In this document: piece after piece, positions 1 through 7,850 of the stretch | How positions within the stretch are numbered: position 1 is the first letter of the stretch | Layout: every line of letters begins with the position of its first letter | IMG/VR virus record: IMGVR_UViG_3300027708_000033 | Span: 1-64,000 of that record | Direction: 5' to 3' (one strand) | Length of the DNA: 64,000 nt | From: a virus | Position numbers and translations under genes: made by a program | The notes under the pieces: generated by a model | What the model was told of the DNA's origin: nothing | Databases searched by the model: none | Seen by the model: the letters and a program-made list of their open reading frames with translations, nothing else

Positions 1-119
1 TTCTAGTAGAGTTTCACGCTCTTTAGTAGCATCTTTAGGATTTGTTCCTGACGCTTTTTCTCGCCACTCTCTTGTATTTCAAAGACACGTCTTTGGAAGT
101 CGTCTAGTCCTGTGGTCAT
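1..119 (-). CDS. hypothetical protein, 5' part only (runs off left edge)
   Basis: ATG at 119 overlaps the stop of the upstream ORF (ATGA); frame MTTGLDDFQRRVFEIQES... stays open to position 1. Confidence 0.6.
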
Positions 120-259
120 TTGTTTTCTTCCTGCAATTCGTCCAGTCTAGCTGCTATTGAGTCAATGCGCTCACGAAGTACGTCTAGGGTGATACCCAAG
201 ATGTCTAGCCTCTCACCTATTCTGTCAAGCGCTATGTCAATGCTCTCAGGTTCATTCAT
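116..259 (-). CDS. small coiled-coil hypothetical protein (47 aa)
   Basis: Track ORF 116-352 trimmed to ATG 259, which overlaps the upstream stop (ATGA); heptad pattern IDIALDRIGERLDILGITLDVL. Confidence 0.6.
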   Translation of the reverse strand: MNEPESIDIALDRIGERLDILGITLDVLRERIDSIAARLDELQEENK

Positions 260-435
260 TTTTTGTATAGTTCCTTCCATGCCTTTACGGTAAAGCGTTC
301 TCCGTTTTCCATAACAACAGGACGCCAACGTCCCTCCCAGAAAAGATACCAAGTACCTTTTTGTGTCTCATGCCACTTACCTTGATTGAACCTACGGCGA
401 CTAGTTCGCCGTTCATTTAGATTCCATCTAGCCAT
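256..435 (-). CDS. small Trp/Arg-rich hypothetical protein (59 aa, not in track)
   Basis: Manually translated MARWNLNERRTSRRRFNQGKWHETQKGTWYLFWEGRWRPVVMENGERFTVKAWKELYKK; AAGGAGAGG upstream; stop overlaps next start. Confidence 0.6.
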   Translation of the reverse strand: MARWNLNERRTSRRRFNQGKWHETQKGTWYLFWEGRWRPVVMENGERFTVKAWKELYKK

Positions 436-665
436 CTAAGTAAGCCTCTCCTTGCCACACTGGTGCGCGTGTTAGTGGCTATTTTAGCAAACAAGCTCAG
501 CGCATGCGCCATTGTAGCAGGATTTTTTGATGCAGAGCGCAAATCCCAAACCCTTGATTTTCTAACCATCTGAGGCTACTTTGTACAATAATTTATAATA
601 ATTAGACGCCTCAGTTTTTGCTTATAGAGCTAACTATAAACTTATACGATTTTTGCTGCCGGCGG

Positions 666-938
666 CTATTTTTGGTAGTTTACTAGCGTCTCGGCTATTG
701 CTAGTGCGTCTAGCTTCCATCTGTCTCTAGTGCTCCAGCTATCGTCACCTGTCATCTTGAACCAGTGAGCTTGCTCAGCACTTTTCATCATTCCAATTAG
801 ACCGTCAATTATAGAGATGTACTGATGTTCGTACCCTATTAGCTCGTCGCTTCGTGCAAGTAAATCGGCCTTAGATTTTTCAAGAATCTCTTTAGCGTGT
901 ACTATCTTTGCAAGTGGATGCTGTGGGTCCTTAGACAC
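666..938 (-). CDS. hypothetical protein
   Basis: 90-aa ORF, GTG start overlapping the end of the upstream gene. Confidence 0.65.
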   Translation of the reverse strand: MSKDPQHPLAKIVHAKEILEKSKADLLARSDELIGYEHQYISIIDGLIGMMKSAEQAHWFKMTGDDSWSTRDRWKLDALAIAETLVNYQK

Positions 939-1095
939 GGAAGCCTCTATACTCTTCTACTTTGTACTCGTCAGTCTGGTACTGCTTATTTAGTTCACGA
1001 GCTCGCTCCTTGGCTTGCTCAAAGGTCCCAGTAAATAGAACAGTCTTCCACTCACCACGGGCAAGTACCACACAGTACTCTCTGGTGTTTAGCAT
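931..1095 (-). CDS. small hypothetical protein (54 aa, not in track)
   Basis: MLNTREYCVVLARGEWKTVLFTGTFEQAKERARELNKQYQTDEYKVEEYRGFRV; AAGGAG RBS and TACAAT -10 upstream. Confidence 0.7.
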   Translation of the reverse strand: MLNTREYCVVLARGEWKTVLFTGTFEQAKERARELNKQYQTDEYKVEEYRGFRV

Positions 1096-1147
1096 GAAAG
1101 ACTCCTTTCGTCTTAGGTCTATTGTAATGTCAAACTCCGGTTAAGGT

Positions 1148-1176
1148 AAAACACCCCGTATTTCTACGAGGTGTTT
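1148..1176 (-). terminator. intrinsic terminator-like hairpin with GAAA tetraloop
   Basis: Minus strand AAACACCTCGTA-GAAA-TACGGGGTGTTTT. Confidence 0.75.
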
Positions 1177-1179
1177 AAT

Positions 1180-1348
1180 GTGAGTAGATGGGTTGCGTTT
1201 TACCACCAATGCGTCTCCACCAGATTCTCTAGCGCTTACTCGCATACCTGCCGTTAGGTTTTCCACCCAGTTGATTAGACCCGACAGTGCTTTCTCCCTG
1301 TTGGAACAGAAATTCAGCCATACTCCGCTTCAGCCGTCGCTTTTGCGT
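1180..1348 (-). ncRNA. candidate multi-branched structured ncRNA of unknown family
   Basis: Extended -10 (TGtTACATT, 1356-1364) upstream and terminator downstream; several G-U-containing stems that pair on the minus strand. Confidence 0.55.
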
Positions 1349-1411
1349 TATGTCTAATGTAACACGAGCCAGTGACATTTTATGCCAAGTTGTATAACTA
1401 AACCGAAGCGT

Positions 1412-1552
1412 TTAGTCTTTCTTGGTTACAAGACGGCGTTTGATTGCGTCAAAAACTTTTGGACGCTTCTTAGTTGCTTTACCACTTGGTCGGCCGTCTC
1501 CAGTACGCTTTACTACGACTGGTGCTGGCTTTCCGCCTTTTCCTTTAGCCAT
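1412..1552 (-). CDS. small very basic protein (46 aa, not in track)
   Basis: MAKGKGGKPAPVVVKRTGDGRPSGKATKKRPKVFDAIKRRLVTKKD; AAGGAG RBS. Confidence 0.75.
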   Translation of the reverse strand: MAKGKGGKPAPVVVKRTGDGRPSGKATKKRPKVFDAIKRRLVTKKD

Positions 1553-1624
1553 GTTTTCTCCTTAGCTGCTAAACTTACTGAATCAGTTTACACTACTTGG
1601 AGTGTGTCGTTACGACCTAATCTG

Positions 1625-1695
1625 CTGGTTCTGTAGGAGTCGAACCTACGCTAACGGTGTTGGAGACCGCTGTGCTACCGTAACACTTAGAACCA
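1625..1695 (-). tRNA. trnW: tRNA-Trp (anticodon CCA), 3' CCA not encoded
   Basis: Cloverleaf TGGTTCT-AA-GTGT/GCAC-GCGGT-CTCCAAC-ACCGT-GTAGG-TTCGACT-CCTAC-AGAACCA-G. Confidence 0.93.
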
Positions 1696-1760
1696 AAACA
1701 CCTAGCCTCGCGACTAGGGTGAGGTACATGACCTCAATGCCGCTGGACATGCGTGCATCG

Positions 1761-2104
1761 TGGACCAGCCGGGAATCGAACCCGGGTCCTAACACCGTCT
1801 TTACACTCTTCTACATGCTTAGGCAGATTGTTTGCGACCAGACGTATGACCTGCCAGACCGTCGGACGTTACCACGATTTATAGACTCCGTGGAAAAAGT
1901 CTTGTTTTGTTCTATTTATTTAAAACCTGACTGCCCAGCTAGAACTACTGCTTTGTCAGGGGCCTTAGCGGTGTAGTTAGACTACGCTGCTAGTGCGAAT
2001 GCTGAACGTGAGTTTGCATTTATTGCTTTACCCGATTCAAGAGTACGGGCGTCTCTGCATGCTTCTTTGTAAAGTTAGACATCAGTCGAAAGCCTGTCTA
2101 GCCC
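1761..2104 (-). ncRNA. ssrA: tmRNA
   Basis: 5' GGGCTAGACAGGCTTTCGAC, 3' CCCGGGTTCGATTCCCGGCTGGTCCA; acceptor stem with G3-U alanine identity pair; tag frame 2017-1982 encodes ANSRSAFALAA-stop; TATAAT at 2125-2130. Confidence 0.95.
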
Positions 2105-2238
2105 TTGTACTTGCGTACATTATCATTATACCCTGCTCCGGTTTAGTTAGTAAACTCGTAACAAAACAGTTATACTTGAACTATAATGGTAAATGTCACT
2201 GGTTAGTGATAAGGACAAAATCAACGAAAGGAAAAACA

Positions 2239-2700
2239 GTGAGTGAGGCAATGCTTCAGGACTACGCGCCAAAACTAGAAAAGCTACTTCCGCTGGCGCA
2301 GAGGGCATACGGCCTGAGAACAACGGATTCGCCAGCACATGTGGCCAGCAGAGAGTACACAAATCTTCTAAAGGAGTACTATGACAACGGAGGAAGTCTC
2401 GTTGCCATGGCTAAAGAACTAGATGTAGCTTACGCAGGACTACGTCGTCGCGTCTTTATGATTGACGCGCCAATGCGTGATGTAAGAACACACAGCAGGA
2501 TAGAGCCAGCTGATTTTGACAAGGCCGTAGAGAGAGTCAAGCAGGCTAAAAAAGCTGGCGCTGAAAAGTACCACGAGCAACTGCTTACCGAGTACACTGC
2601 CGGAATATCTCTGGGTAAACTGGCTCAAGCTCTAGGACTAAGTAGTTCTAACCCTTTGTACTACGGTGTGCAGCGTGCGCGTCGTCGACTAACCGAGTAG
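2239..2700 (+). CDS. tandem helix-turn-helix DNA-binding protein
   Basis: GTG 2239 after AAAGGA; two HTH-like units (GGSLVAMAKELDVAYAGLRRRV, GISLGKLAQALGLSSSNPLYYGV); the longer track start would overlap the tmRNA. Confidence 0.7.
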   Translation: MSEAMLQDYAPKLEKLLPLAQRAYGLRTTDSPAHVASREYTNLLKEYYDNGGSLVAMAKELDVAYAGLRRRVFMIDAPMRDVRTHSRIEPADFDKAVERVKQAKKAGAEKYHEQLLTEYTAGISLGKLAQALGLSSSNPLYYGVQRARRRLTE

Positions 2701-2723
2701 ACAAAGTCTATCCAGAGTAAAAC

Positions 2724-2759
2724 AAAACCCCTCGCCTAATCAGCGGGGGGTTTTATTTT
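2724..2759. terminator. bidirectional intrinsic terminator
   Basis: AAAACCCCTCGC-loop-GCGGGGGGTTTTATTTT between convergent genes. Confidence 0.8.
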
Positions 2760-2768
2760 CGCTAAACT

Positions 2769-3050
2769 TTATAGACCGGTGTCTTCGCTGCTGACAGACT
2801 TCTTGCCTTCAGCCACTTTGGCTTCAGCAGAAGATGCAAATGCAGTGTTGATTTCGTCCATGTCAAGGATGCCGTCTACGACGTATGCACGAGCAAGGGA
2901 CTCGGCAACTTCCATGATTCCAACGAATGCGGCGATTAGTGCTGACTGCCACAGTTCAACGCCACCGATTGAGCCAGCAGCAAGAACTGCGCTAACTTTA
3001 AGGATTACAAGCGCAATTGTGCGCTTGAAGATTGTTTTTACGATTTCCAA
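2769..3050 (-). CDS. small membrane protein, holin-like
   Basis: Two hydrophobic helices followed by a charged C-terminus. Confidence 0.55.
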   Translation of the reverse strand: MEIVKTIFKRTIALVILKVSAVLAAGSIGGVELWQSALIAAFVGIMEVAESLARAYVVDGILDMDEINTAFASSAEAKVAEGKKSVSSEDTGL

Positions 3051-3120
3051 TTTGGTCTCCCGGGAATGAGTAGGTGAGTGGTTATTTTGCCTCTCCCAGG
3101 CAATACAATTCTATAGCGCT

Positions 3121-3447
3121 CTACCGGTTACGACTTGGAGGAATCCCTAGGTTTACCGGTATGCCACGTCTGATTTTGCGTCTATCATTATCAGTGGTCC
3201 CTCCCCAGATTCCAATCAAATCAGGTCTGTCTATCGCGTAGAGCATACACTCTGGCTTAAACTCACAGCTAGCACAAATCTGCTTGGCTTCACGTTCGTA
3301 GGTGTAAGTGCCGCGATTTGGTTTTCGTGAGCCGTCTGGCGCTTCGTCTGGAAAGAATGCATCTGGAAAGGTCTCTGAACAAACTGGTGGATTTTCAGAA
3401 TCCAGGAACTTAGGGTAATCAAATCCATTTAGGTTGTCGTTTTCCAT
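3121..3447 (-). CDS. whiB: WhiB family transcription factor
   Basis: C...PDAFFP...AKQICASC...C...GIWGG motif. Confidence 0.92.
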   Translation of the reverse strand: MENDNLNGFDYPKFLDSENPPVCSETFPDAFFPDEAPDGSRKPNRGTYTYEREAKQICASCEFKPECMLYAIDRPDLIGIWGGTTDNDRRKIRRGIPVNLGIPPSRNR

Positions 3448-3488
3448 TGTCCCTACTTCATTGCTAGTTTAGTACACTATATCACGAA

Positions 3489-3677
3489 CTAGACATTGTT
3501 TTTACTAGCCGCAAATCCAGCGCCGTTTAAATTAATAGGCGGCGCGTTAAATATACGCACTAGAGGCGATCCGCAATCCGGCTCAGGGCACGTGTCAACA
3601 CGCTGGTCTTCAGTGATTCTTCTAACCTCTAAGTATTCGTGCTGGTTGTCTTTACACTTGTATTCGTATGTTGGCAT
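3489..3677 (-). CDS. FmdB-like zinc-ribbon protein
   Basis: MPTYEYKC...CPEPDCG..LVRIF.AP....G.GF pattern. Confidence 0.85.
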   Translation of the reverse strand: MPTYEYKCKDNQHEYLEVRRITEDQRVDTCPEPDCGSPLVRIFNAPPINLNGAGFAASKNNV

Positions 3678-3692
3678 AGTCTAATTTTAGTA

Positions 3693-3923
3693 CTAGTCCC
3701 GGTGAGCTAATGTGTTGAGCTTATCTAGACGGAAGCCAGACCAGCTGTCTTCACCAGCTACAACCACTGGAGCCGAGGTGTAGTTGTTAGTTTCAATGAT
3801 AACCATAACTTCAGGACTATCTTGAATCATCCTTGCCTCAAACTCAATACCTTTTACGGTAAGGAACCTTTTAGTTTGCTCACACGCTGTGCAGTTTGGG
3901 TTGCTGTAAACGATTACACTCAT
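3693..3923 (-). CDS. nrdH: NrdH-like glutaredoxin
   Basis: CTAC, SAPVV and WSGFR motifs. Confidence 0.9.
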   Translation of the reverse strand: MSVIVYSNPNCTACEQTKRFLTVKGIEFEARMIQDSPEVMVIIETNNYTSAPVVVAGEDSWSGFRLDKLNTLAHRD

Positions 3924-3938
3924 TTTATTTTCTCTTTC

Positions 3939-4094
3939 TTAACAAGAACAGGCAATTAGTTGCCATAGTTTTAGGCCGATAGGGGCAAACACATAGAACA
4001 GCAAGAGTTCTAGTGCTACAAGTCCGGCAACACTTAGTACAGTTTTTTGAGTCTTACTTATAGCAAACTCTTTAGTGCTAGTTATCGTTGTCAT
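3939..4094 (-). CDS. small single-TM membrane protein
   Basis: Probable start ATG 4094; hydrophobic VLSVAGLVALELLLFYVFAPIG, ends CSC. Confidence 0.55.
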   Translation of the reverse strand: MTTITSTKEFAISKTQKTVLSVAGLVALELLLFYVFAPIGLKLWQLIACSC

Positions 4095-4551
4095 CAGGAT
4101 TTTTTGCCTTTCCATCTTTATCTGCGTAAACCAAGCCAATAGAGTCTCCGACTTTTAACTCGATAAAAGAAACTCCAGTCTGAGACGGGTACCAGTGTGA
4201 TTTTACGTTTAGGTCGTTGCTTCCGTGTTTCTCAAACAAAGTCCATTTCCAGTCAATGTCTTTACAGGATTTTAGCTTAGGAAGTTTGTTTACTTGACAG
4301 ATTGCTTTACCTAGTTCTTTACCAAAATCAAGGTAGTCAATTTTTAGTGTCGTGTTACTGAGCAAGTCAATCGCTTTTACTTTTCCAGAAACAGCAAAAC
4401 ATCTTTCATCTGGAGTCTCGTTTGACAGAGTTCCAAAATCAACATAGACATTTACACAGTTTGCTTTAGGTGTAGTAGTCTCACCTTTAATCCATAGCAG
4501 GCCGAGCAACCCGCATGTGATTGCAGTAGCAACTAATAGTTTACTCTTCAC
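4078..4551 (-). CDS. exported/membrane-anchored protein, possibly DUF4430/transcobalamin-like beta-grasp (B12-binding)
   Basis: GTG 4551 after GGAGGT; N-terminal TM; CVNVYVDFG..C..AIDLL..ICQVN..W.LF..W..SQTG...L..GDSIG pattern; lies directly after pduO. Confidence 0.5.
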   Translation of the reverse strand: MKSKLLVATAITCGLLGLLWIKGETTTPKANCVNVYVDFGTLSNETPDERCFAVSGKVKAIDLLSNTTLKIDYLDFGKELGKAICQVNKLPKLKSCKDIDWKWTLFEKHGSNDLNVKSHWYPSQTGVSFIELKVGDSIGLVYADKDGKAKNPDDNDN

Positions 4552-5116
4552 GGCTACCTCCAGGCACCCATAAGACATCGCCAACCTCACGGTTAGCGTA
4601 CCTAGACAACACAAATAAAAGGTCAGACAGACGATTTAAATACTTTGCAGCCGTGATACTCACACCCTCACCAAAAGAATGGATAGCATTCCAAGTTTCA
4701 CGTTCTGCTCTTCTAGTGACCGTTCTTGCTGCATGCAACTGCGCTGCTAGCGGTGTCCCACTAGGTAGGACAAAACTTCTTAAAACTGGCAAATCTTTGT
4801 TGTAGTGGTCAATTAGTTTCTCTAAACGAGAGACCTGGTCCTCAGTGACTCTAAGTGGAGTAACTTTAGGCTCATCGATTACTGGTGTGCAAAGGTCTGC
4901 TCCAACATCAAACAAATCATTTTGAATTTGAAGCAAAACTTTTTTCACATCGGCGTCTATGCCCATAGACAAGGCAACTCCAATACTGGAGTTAGCCTCA
5001 TCTACGGTTGAGAATGCTTCAAGTCTGGCATCGTTTTTAGAAGTTCTGCTCCCGTCTCCGAGAGAAGTTGTTCCGTTATCGCCAGTCTTTGTATATACGC
5101 TACTGATTACTACCAA
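4541..5116 (-). CDS. pduO: ATP:cob(I)alamin adenosyltransferase (PduO type)
   Basis: VYTKTGDNGTT, TVDEANS, QNDLFDVGADL, ARTVTRRAER, YLNRLSDLLF. Confidence 0.95.
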   Translation of the reverse strand: MVVISSVYTKTGDNGTTSLGDGSRTSKNDARLEAFSTVDEANSSIGVALSMGIDADVKKVLLQIQNDLFDVGADLCTPVIDEPKVTPLRVTEDQVSRLEKLIDHYNKDLPVLRSFVLPSGTPLAAQLHAARTVTRRAERETWNAIHSFGEGVSITAAKYLNRLSDLLFVLSRYANREVGDVLWVPGGSREE

Positions 5117-7159
5117 TTATTTCTGGTTCTCCACAATCAACTTGATTTCACAGGCGTCGGTTGTGCAGTAAGCCTCACCGATACCATCAATGCCGAGTCC
5201 ACCATAGATTCCAGCAAAGTCGATAGGGAACAACTTACCAGCCGCTTCCTCGTACTCTTCCTGAGTAATCTGTGTGTAAGGCATCTGAGGGTAAGTAAAG
5301 TTACCAGATGGCAAGAAGCTCACAGTCTTCAAGCTTCCGTCGTACATGTGGAGAACTTTTTCAACGTCCTTCGACTCAGTCTCAGGGTCAAACGAGATAG
5401 TCACAGATACAGAGTTGTCAGACCAGTAACGCTGGGCAGTAGCTGCAAGGTTCATCTTCTCGTAGATGCTCACATCTTTCTCGGCACGTTTAGCGCTTGC
5501 CTTGATTGGGAAGTACACGACTGAAGTGTGCTCTGGGTTTTCAGATGCCGGCTCAACTACGTAGTTAGCCATCTTAAATAAAGCCAACTGAGGGTCATCG
5601 TTACCGAATCTAATAGCACGGTTGAAGTATTCACCGCCTGGTGACCAGTGCGCGCCAGGAGACTCACCAGCGAGAATAGATACTGTACCAGAAGGCTTGA
5701 CTGTCGTGGTCTTAATTGACTCACGAACACCTAGCCACTCTGAGTAGATGTTGTCGTAGCGCTTTACAACTGCGTAACCCGCATCCATCCAGTTGCGAAG
5801 TTCTGGCAGTCCACGGTTGTCTGCAAAGTTAGCGATACCTGACATTGAGGTTCCGATACGACGGTTACGCTGCATGATTGCGTTAGTCTCTTCCCAGTGT
5901 GTAGGAAGAAGAGTTACTGTCTTGGCGTAAAGATAAGCAAACTTTAGAGTGCGCTTGTAGTCTTCAACATCAGTGTGGCGGTTCAAGTAAGTCTCAACAA
6001 GAGTACACATTTCGTATGACTCAAGGGACTGCTCAGCACACGGGTTGTAACCAGCGATACGCCAGTCCTTGTTGTTAATCGGGTCAGCTAGTCTACCGTA
6101 CTGCTTAGACATGTCTTCCCAAATAACACCAGGCTCACCGTTGCGAATGATGCCATCAACAATTTTTGAGAAGTCGGTGCCGACGTTTACCATGACCGAG
6201 TTGTTGCTCATCCAACCCCAACCAGGGTTCTCTGAATCATAAGAGTTACGGTCTGGAAAAACTTCAGCGTTTTTTAGGTTCAGGAAGTTGTCATCATCAA
6301 TGCGACCAACTAAAAGTTCAGCTGAGCGACGAACGTTACCTGACACTACACAACGACCAATGAGATTTCCAATGTCGGCAATATCGACTGTTGTAAGTTT
6401 TTCGCCACCGCGACCAGTGAAAATCTTCTTGATTACCTCGTGCAATTTGATTAGTGGGTCTGGGCCTGAAGCAGTTCCACCAAAGGTTGCAATAGGTGCA
6501 CCGTAAGGACGAATCTCGCTGTAATCGAACTCTAGGCTTTTTTGCCCCTTGATTAGGAAGGAGTTGATTAGTGCCACAGTAGATTCCTGCCAACCCTCAC
6601 GAGTATCAGGGATAACATAAGTAAATACTTCTTCAAGCGGTGTGTAGATTTCAAAATCCTTGTCCGCACCCTTGTCGTCAAAGCCAACACCGACACCAAG
6701 CATAGAAGCTTCCATAAGGAATGCAAACGGCTTACCTGGGTTCTGCTTGGTCATCTCCAGTGTGGACACGAATGCGCAGTTCTGTAGCGATGCAGAGTTT
6801 TTCTGACGGTTCACAAGGTCAGTACCCATCTGGCTCAAGCCACGACCAGGAGGAGACCACTTCAGGTGGAACAACCGGTCATAAAACTCTTTAGCAGACG
6901 AGGCAGCTTTAGCGTCAGACCAAGGTAGTCGTTGCTGTTTTGCGTAATCTTTCTGTAGCGAGTAAGTTCCGTTAGTTACACGCTCACAAACCTCAGCCCA
7001 AGTTTCCTTAGTGCCATCTTCTTTTTTTCGTGAGTAAGTTCTTAGAAAAGTAATTTCGCCTACAGAGTTTCCTGCAGCATCACGGAAACCAAACGGTGCG
7101 GTCTTCTTTTTGTATTCTGATACGAAATCTTCGCTTAGTTTAAAGGATAAAAATAGCAT
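5117..7159 (-). CDS. nrdJ: class II (adenosylcobalamin-dependent) ribonucleotide reductase
   Basis: PPGRGL, NCAF, GNVRRSAE, NPCAEQSL, TTVKPSGT, C-terminal YCTTDAC; probable start ATG 7159. Confidence 0.93.
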   Translation of the reverse strand: MLFLSFKLSEDFVSEYKKKTAPFGFRDAAGNSVGEITFLRTYSRKKEDGTKETWAEVCERVTNGTYSLQKDYAKQQRLPWSDAKAASSAKEFYDRLFHLKWSPPGRGLSQMGTDLVNRQKNSASLQNCAFVSTLEMTKQNPGKPFAFLMEASMLGVGVGFDDKGADKDFEIYTPLEEVFTYVIPDTREGWQESTVALINSFLIKGQKSLEFDYSEIRPYGAPIATFGGTASGPDPLIKLHEVIKKIFTGRGGEKLTTVDIADIGNLIGRCVVSGNVRRSAELLVGRIDDDNFLNLKNAEVFPDRNSYDSENPGWGWMSNNSVMVNVGTDFSKIVDGIIRNGEPGVIWEDMSKQYGRLADPINNKDWRIAGYNPCAEQSLESYEMCTLVETYLNRHTDVEDYKRTLKFAYLYAKTVTLLPTHWEETNAIMQRNRRIGTSMSGIANFADNRGLPELRNWMDAGYAVVKRYDNIYSEWLGVRESIKTTTVKPSGTVSILAGESPGAHWSPGGEYFNRAIRFGNDDPQLALFKMANYVVEPASENPEHTSVVYFPIKASAKRAEKDVSIYEKMNLAATAQRYWSDNSVSVTISFDPETESKDVEKVLHMYDGSLKTVSFLPSGNFTYPQMPYTQITQEEYEEAAGKLFPIDFAGIYGGLGIDGIGEAYCTTDACEIKLIVENQK

Positions 7160-7230
7160 TCCGCTGCCTTCTGGATAGTGGGTGAAGGACCATCTTATCA
7201 AGTAGGTATATTGCTATTTAGCCAAATACC

Positions 7231-7452
7231 CTACAAAAACAAAGCGTCTGCTATTTCTTTACACTTGTTACACAAAGGAAGTTTCTCCGGGTCGCGATGA
7301 GGTATAAAGACTTTACCGCAAATAGCCTGTACCGGAGTACCAAGTACGTAGCCTTCTGTAACTGAGACTTTTTCAGCGTAGTGAGCAAAGTGTTCGTCGT
7401 CATCTTCATCTTGTTTTTGAAAAACTGCTTCTCGTTCAAGAACCGCGGTCAT
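7231..7452 (-). CDS. DUF3039-like protein (actinobacterial)
   Basis: HFAHY...G.PV.AICGKVFIP.RDP...P.C..CKEI. Confidence 0.8.
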   Translation of the reverse strand: MTAVLEREAVFQKQDEDDDEHFAHYAEKVSVTEGYVLGTPVQAICGKVFIPHRDPEKLPLCNKCKEIADALFL

Positions 7453-7543
7453 TAAGCTTCCTAGATAAGTTTTAGCACGTTGCTAACTTTGATTCTACTA
7501 AGGTTCTAATCTCATCACGGCTGGGAGTTTGTAGAATCTGTAC

Positions 7544-7747
7544 ATGGAGACACAAACAGTCAAGACCGACTATCTACTAACTACTAAAGACCGCTGTGAT
7601 GCCTGTAATTCTCAAGCATACGTACAAGTCACCTTTGAGTCTGGAGACCTTCTGTTTTGCCTTCACCACTGGAAAATGCACAGCGAAGCTGCAAAAATAA
7701 CTCTAACCGAGTTTATTGATGAATCAGAAAGACTGCTTATTAGATAG
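7544..7747 (+). CDS. small Zn-binding hypothetical protein
   Basis: DRCDAC...AYV...L.FC.HH motif typical of actinobacteria and actinophages. Confidence 0.75.
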   Translation: METQTVKTDYLLTTKDRCDACNSQAYVQVTFESGDLLFCLHHWKMHSEAAKITLTEFIDESERLLIR

Positions 7748-7850
7748 TTTTCAGACTAGCCGGTGGCCTTACAGATGCGGTGTCCGCACCAGTCACTTTT
7801 ATGTGATTATTGTAAGATGATGATGCCAGACCTACACCGAAAGAGGCACC

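Noticed and set aside
1180-1330. RNase P RNA, hammerhead or cobalamin riboswitch identity for the ncRNA candidate
   Set aside because: ACAGAA on the + strand has no GAGGAAAGUCC partner; CUGAA..GAAA lacks the CUGAnGA core; no B12-box elements
1696-1760. Theta/HDV-like ribozyme after the tmRNA
   Set aside because: A G-U-closed P1/P3-like hairpin is present but there is no P2 strand or J4/2 element
1382-1976. Plus-strand track ORFs 1382-1636 and 1602-1976
   Set aside because: Antisense to the basic micro-protein, tRNA-Trp and tmRNA; no RBS or recognisable motifs
1993-2238. N-terminal 82 aa of the 235-aa track ORF
   Set aside because: Overlaps the tmRNA and its promoter; a better start with an RBS is GTG 2239
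7160-7230. Cobalamin riboswitch upstream of nrdJ
   Set aside because: Only ~70 nt and no conserved GGGAA/GCCACUG elements
7762-7800. Small hairpin TGCGG-TGT-CCGCA inside a GTGGC/GTCAC stem
   Set aside because: Adequately explained as a weak terminator; no further support
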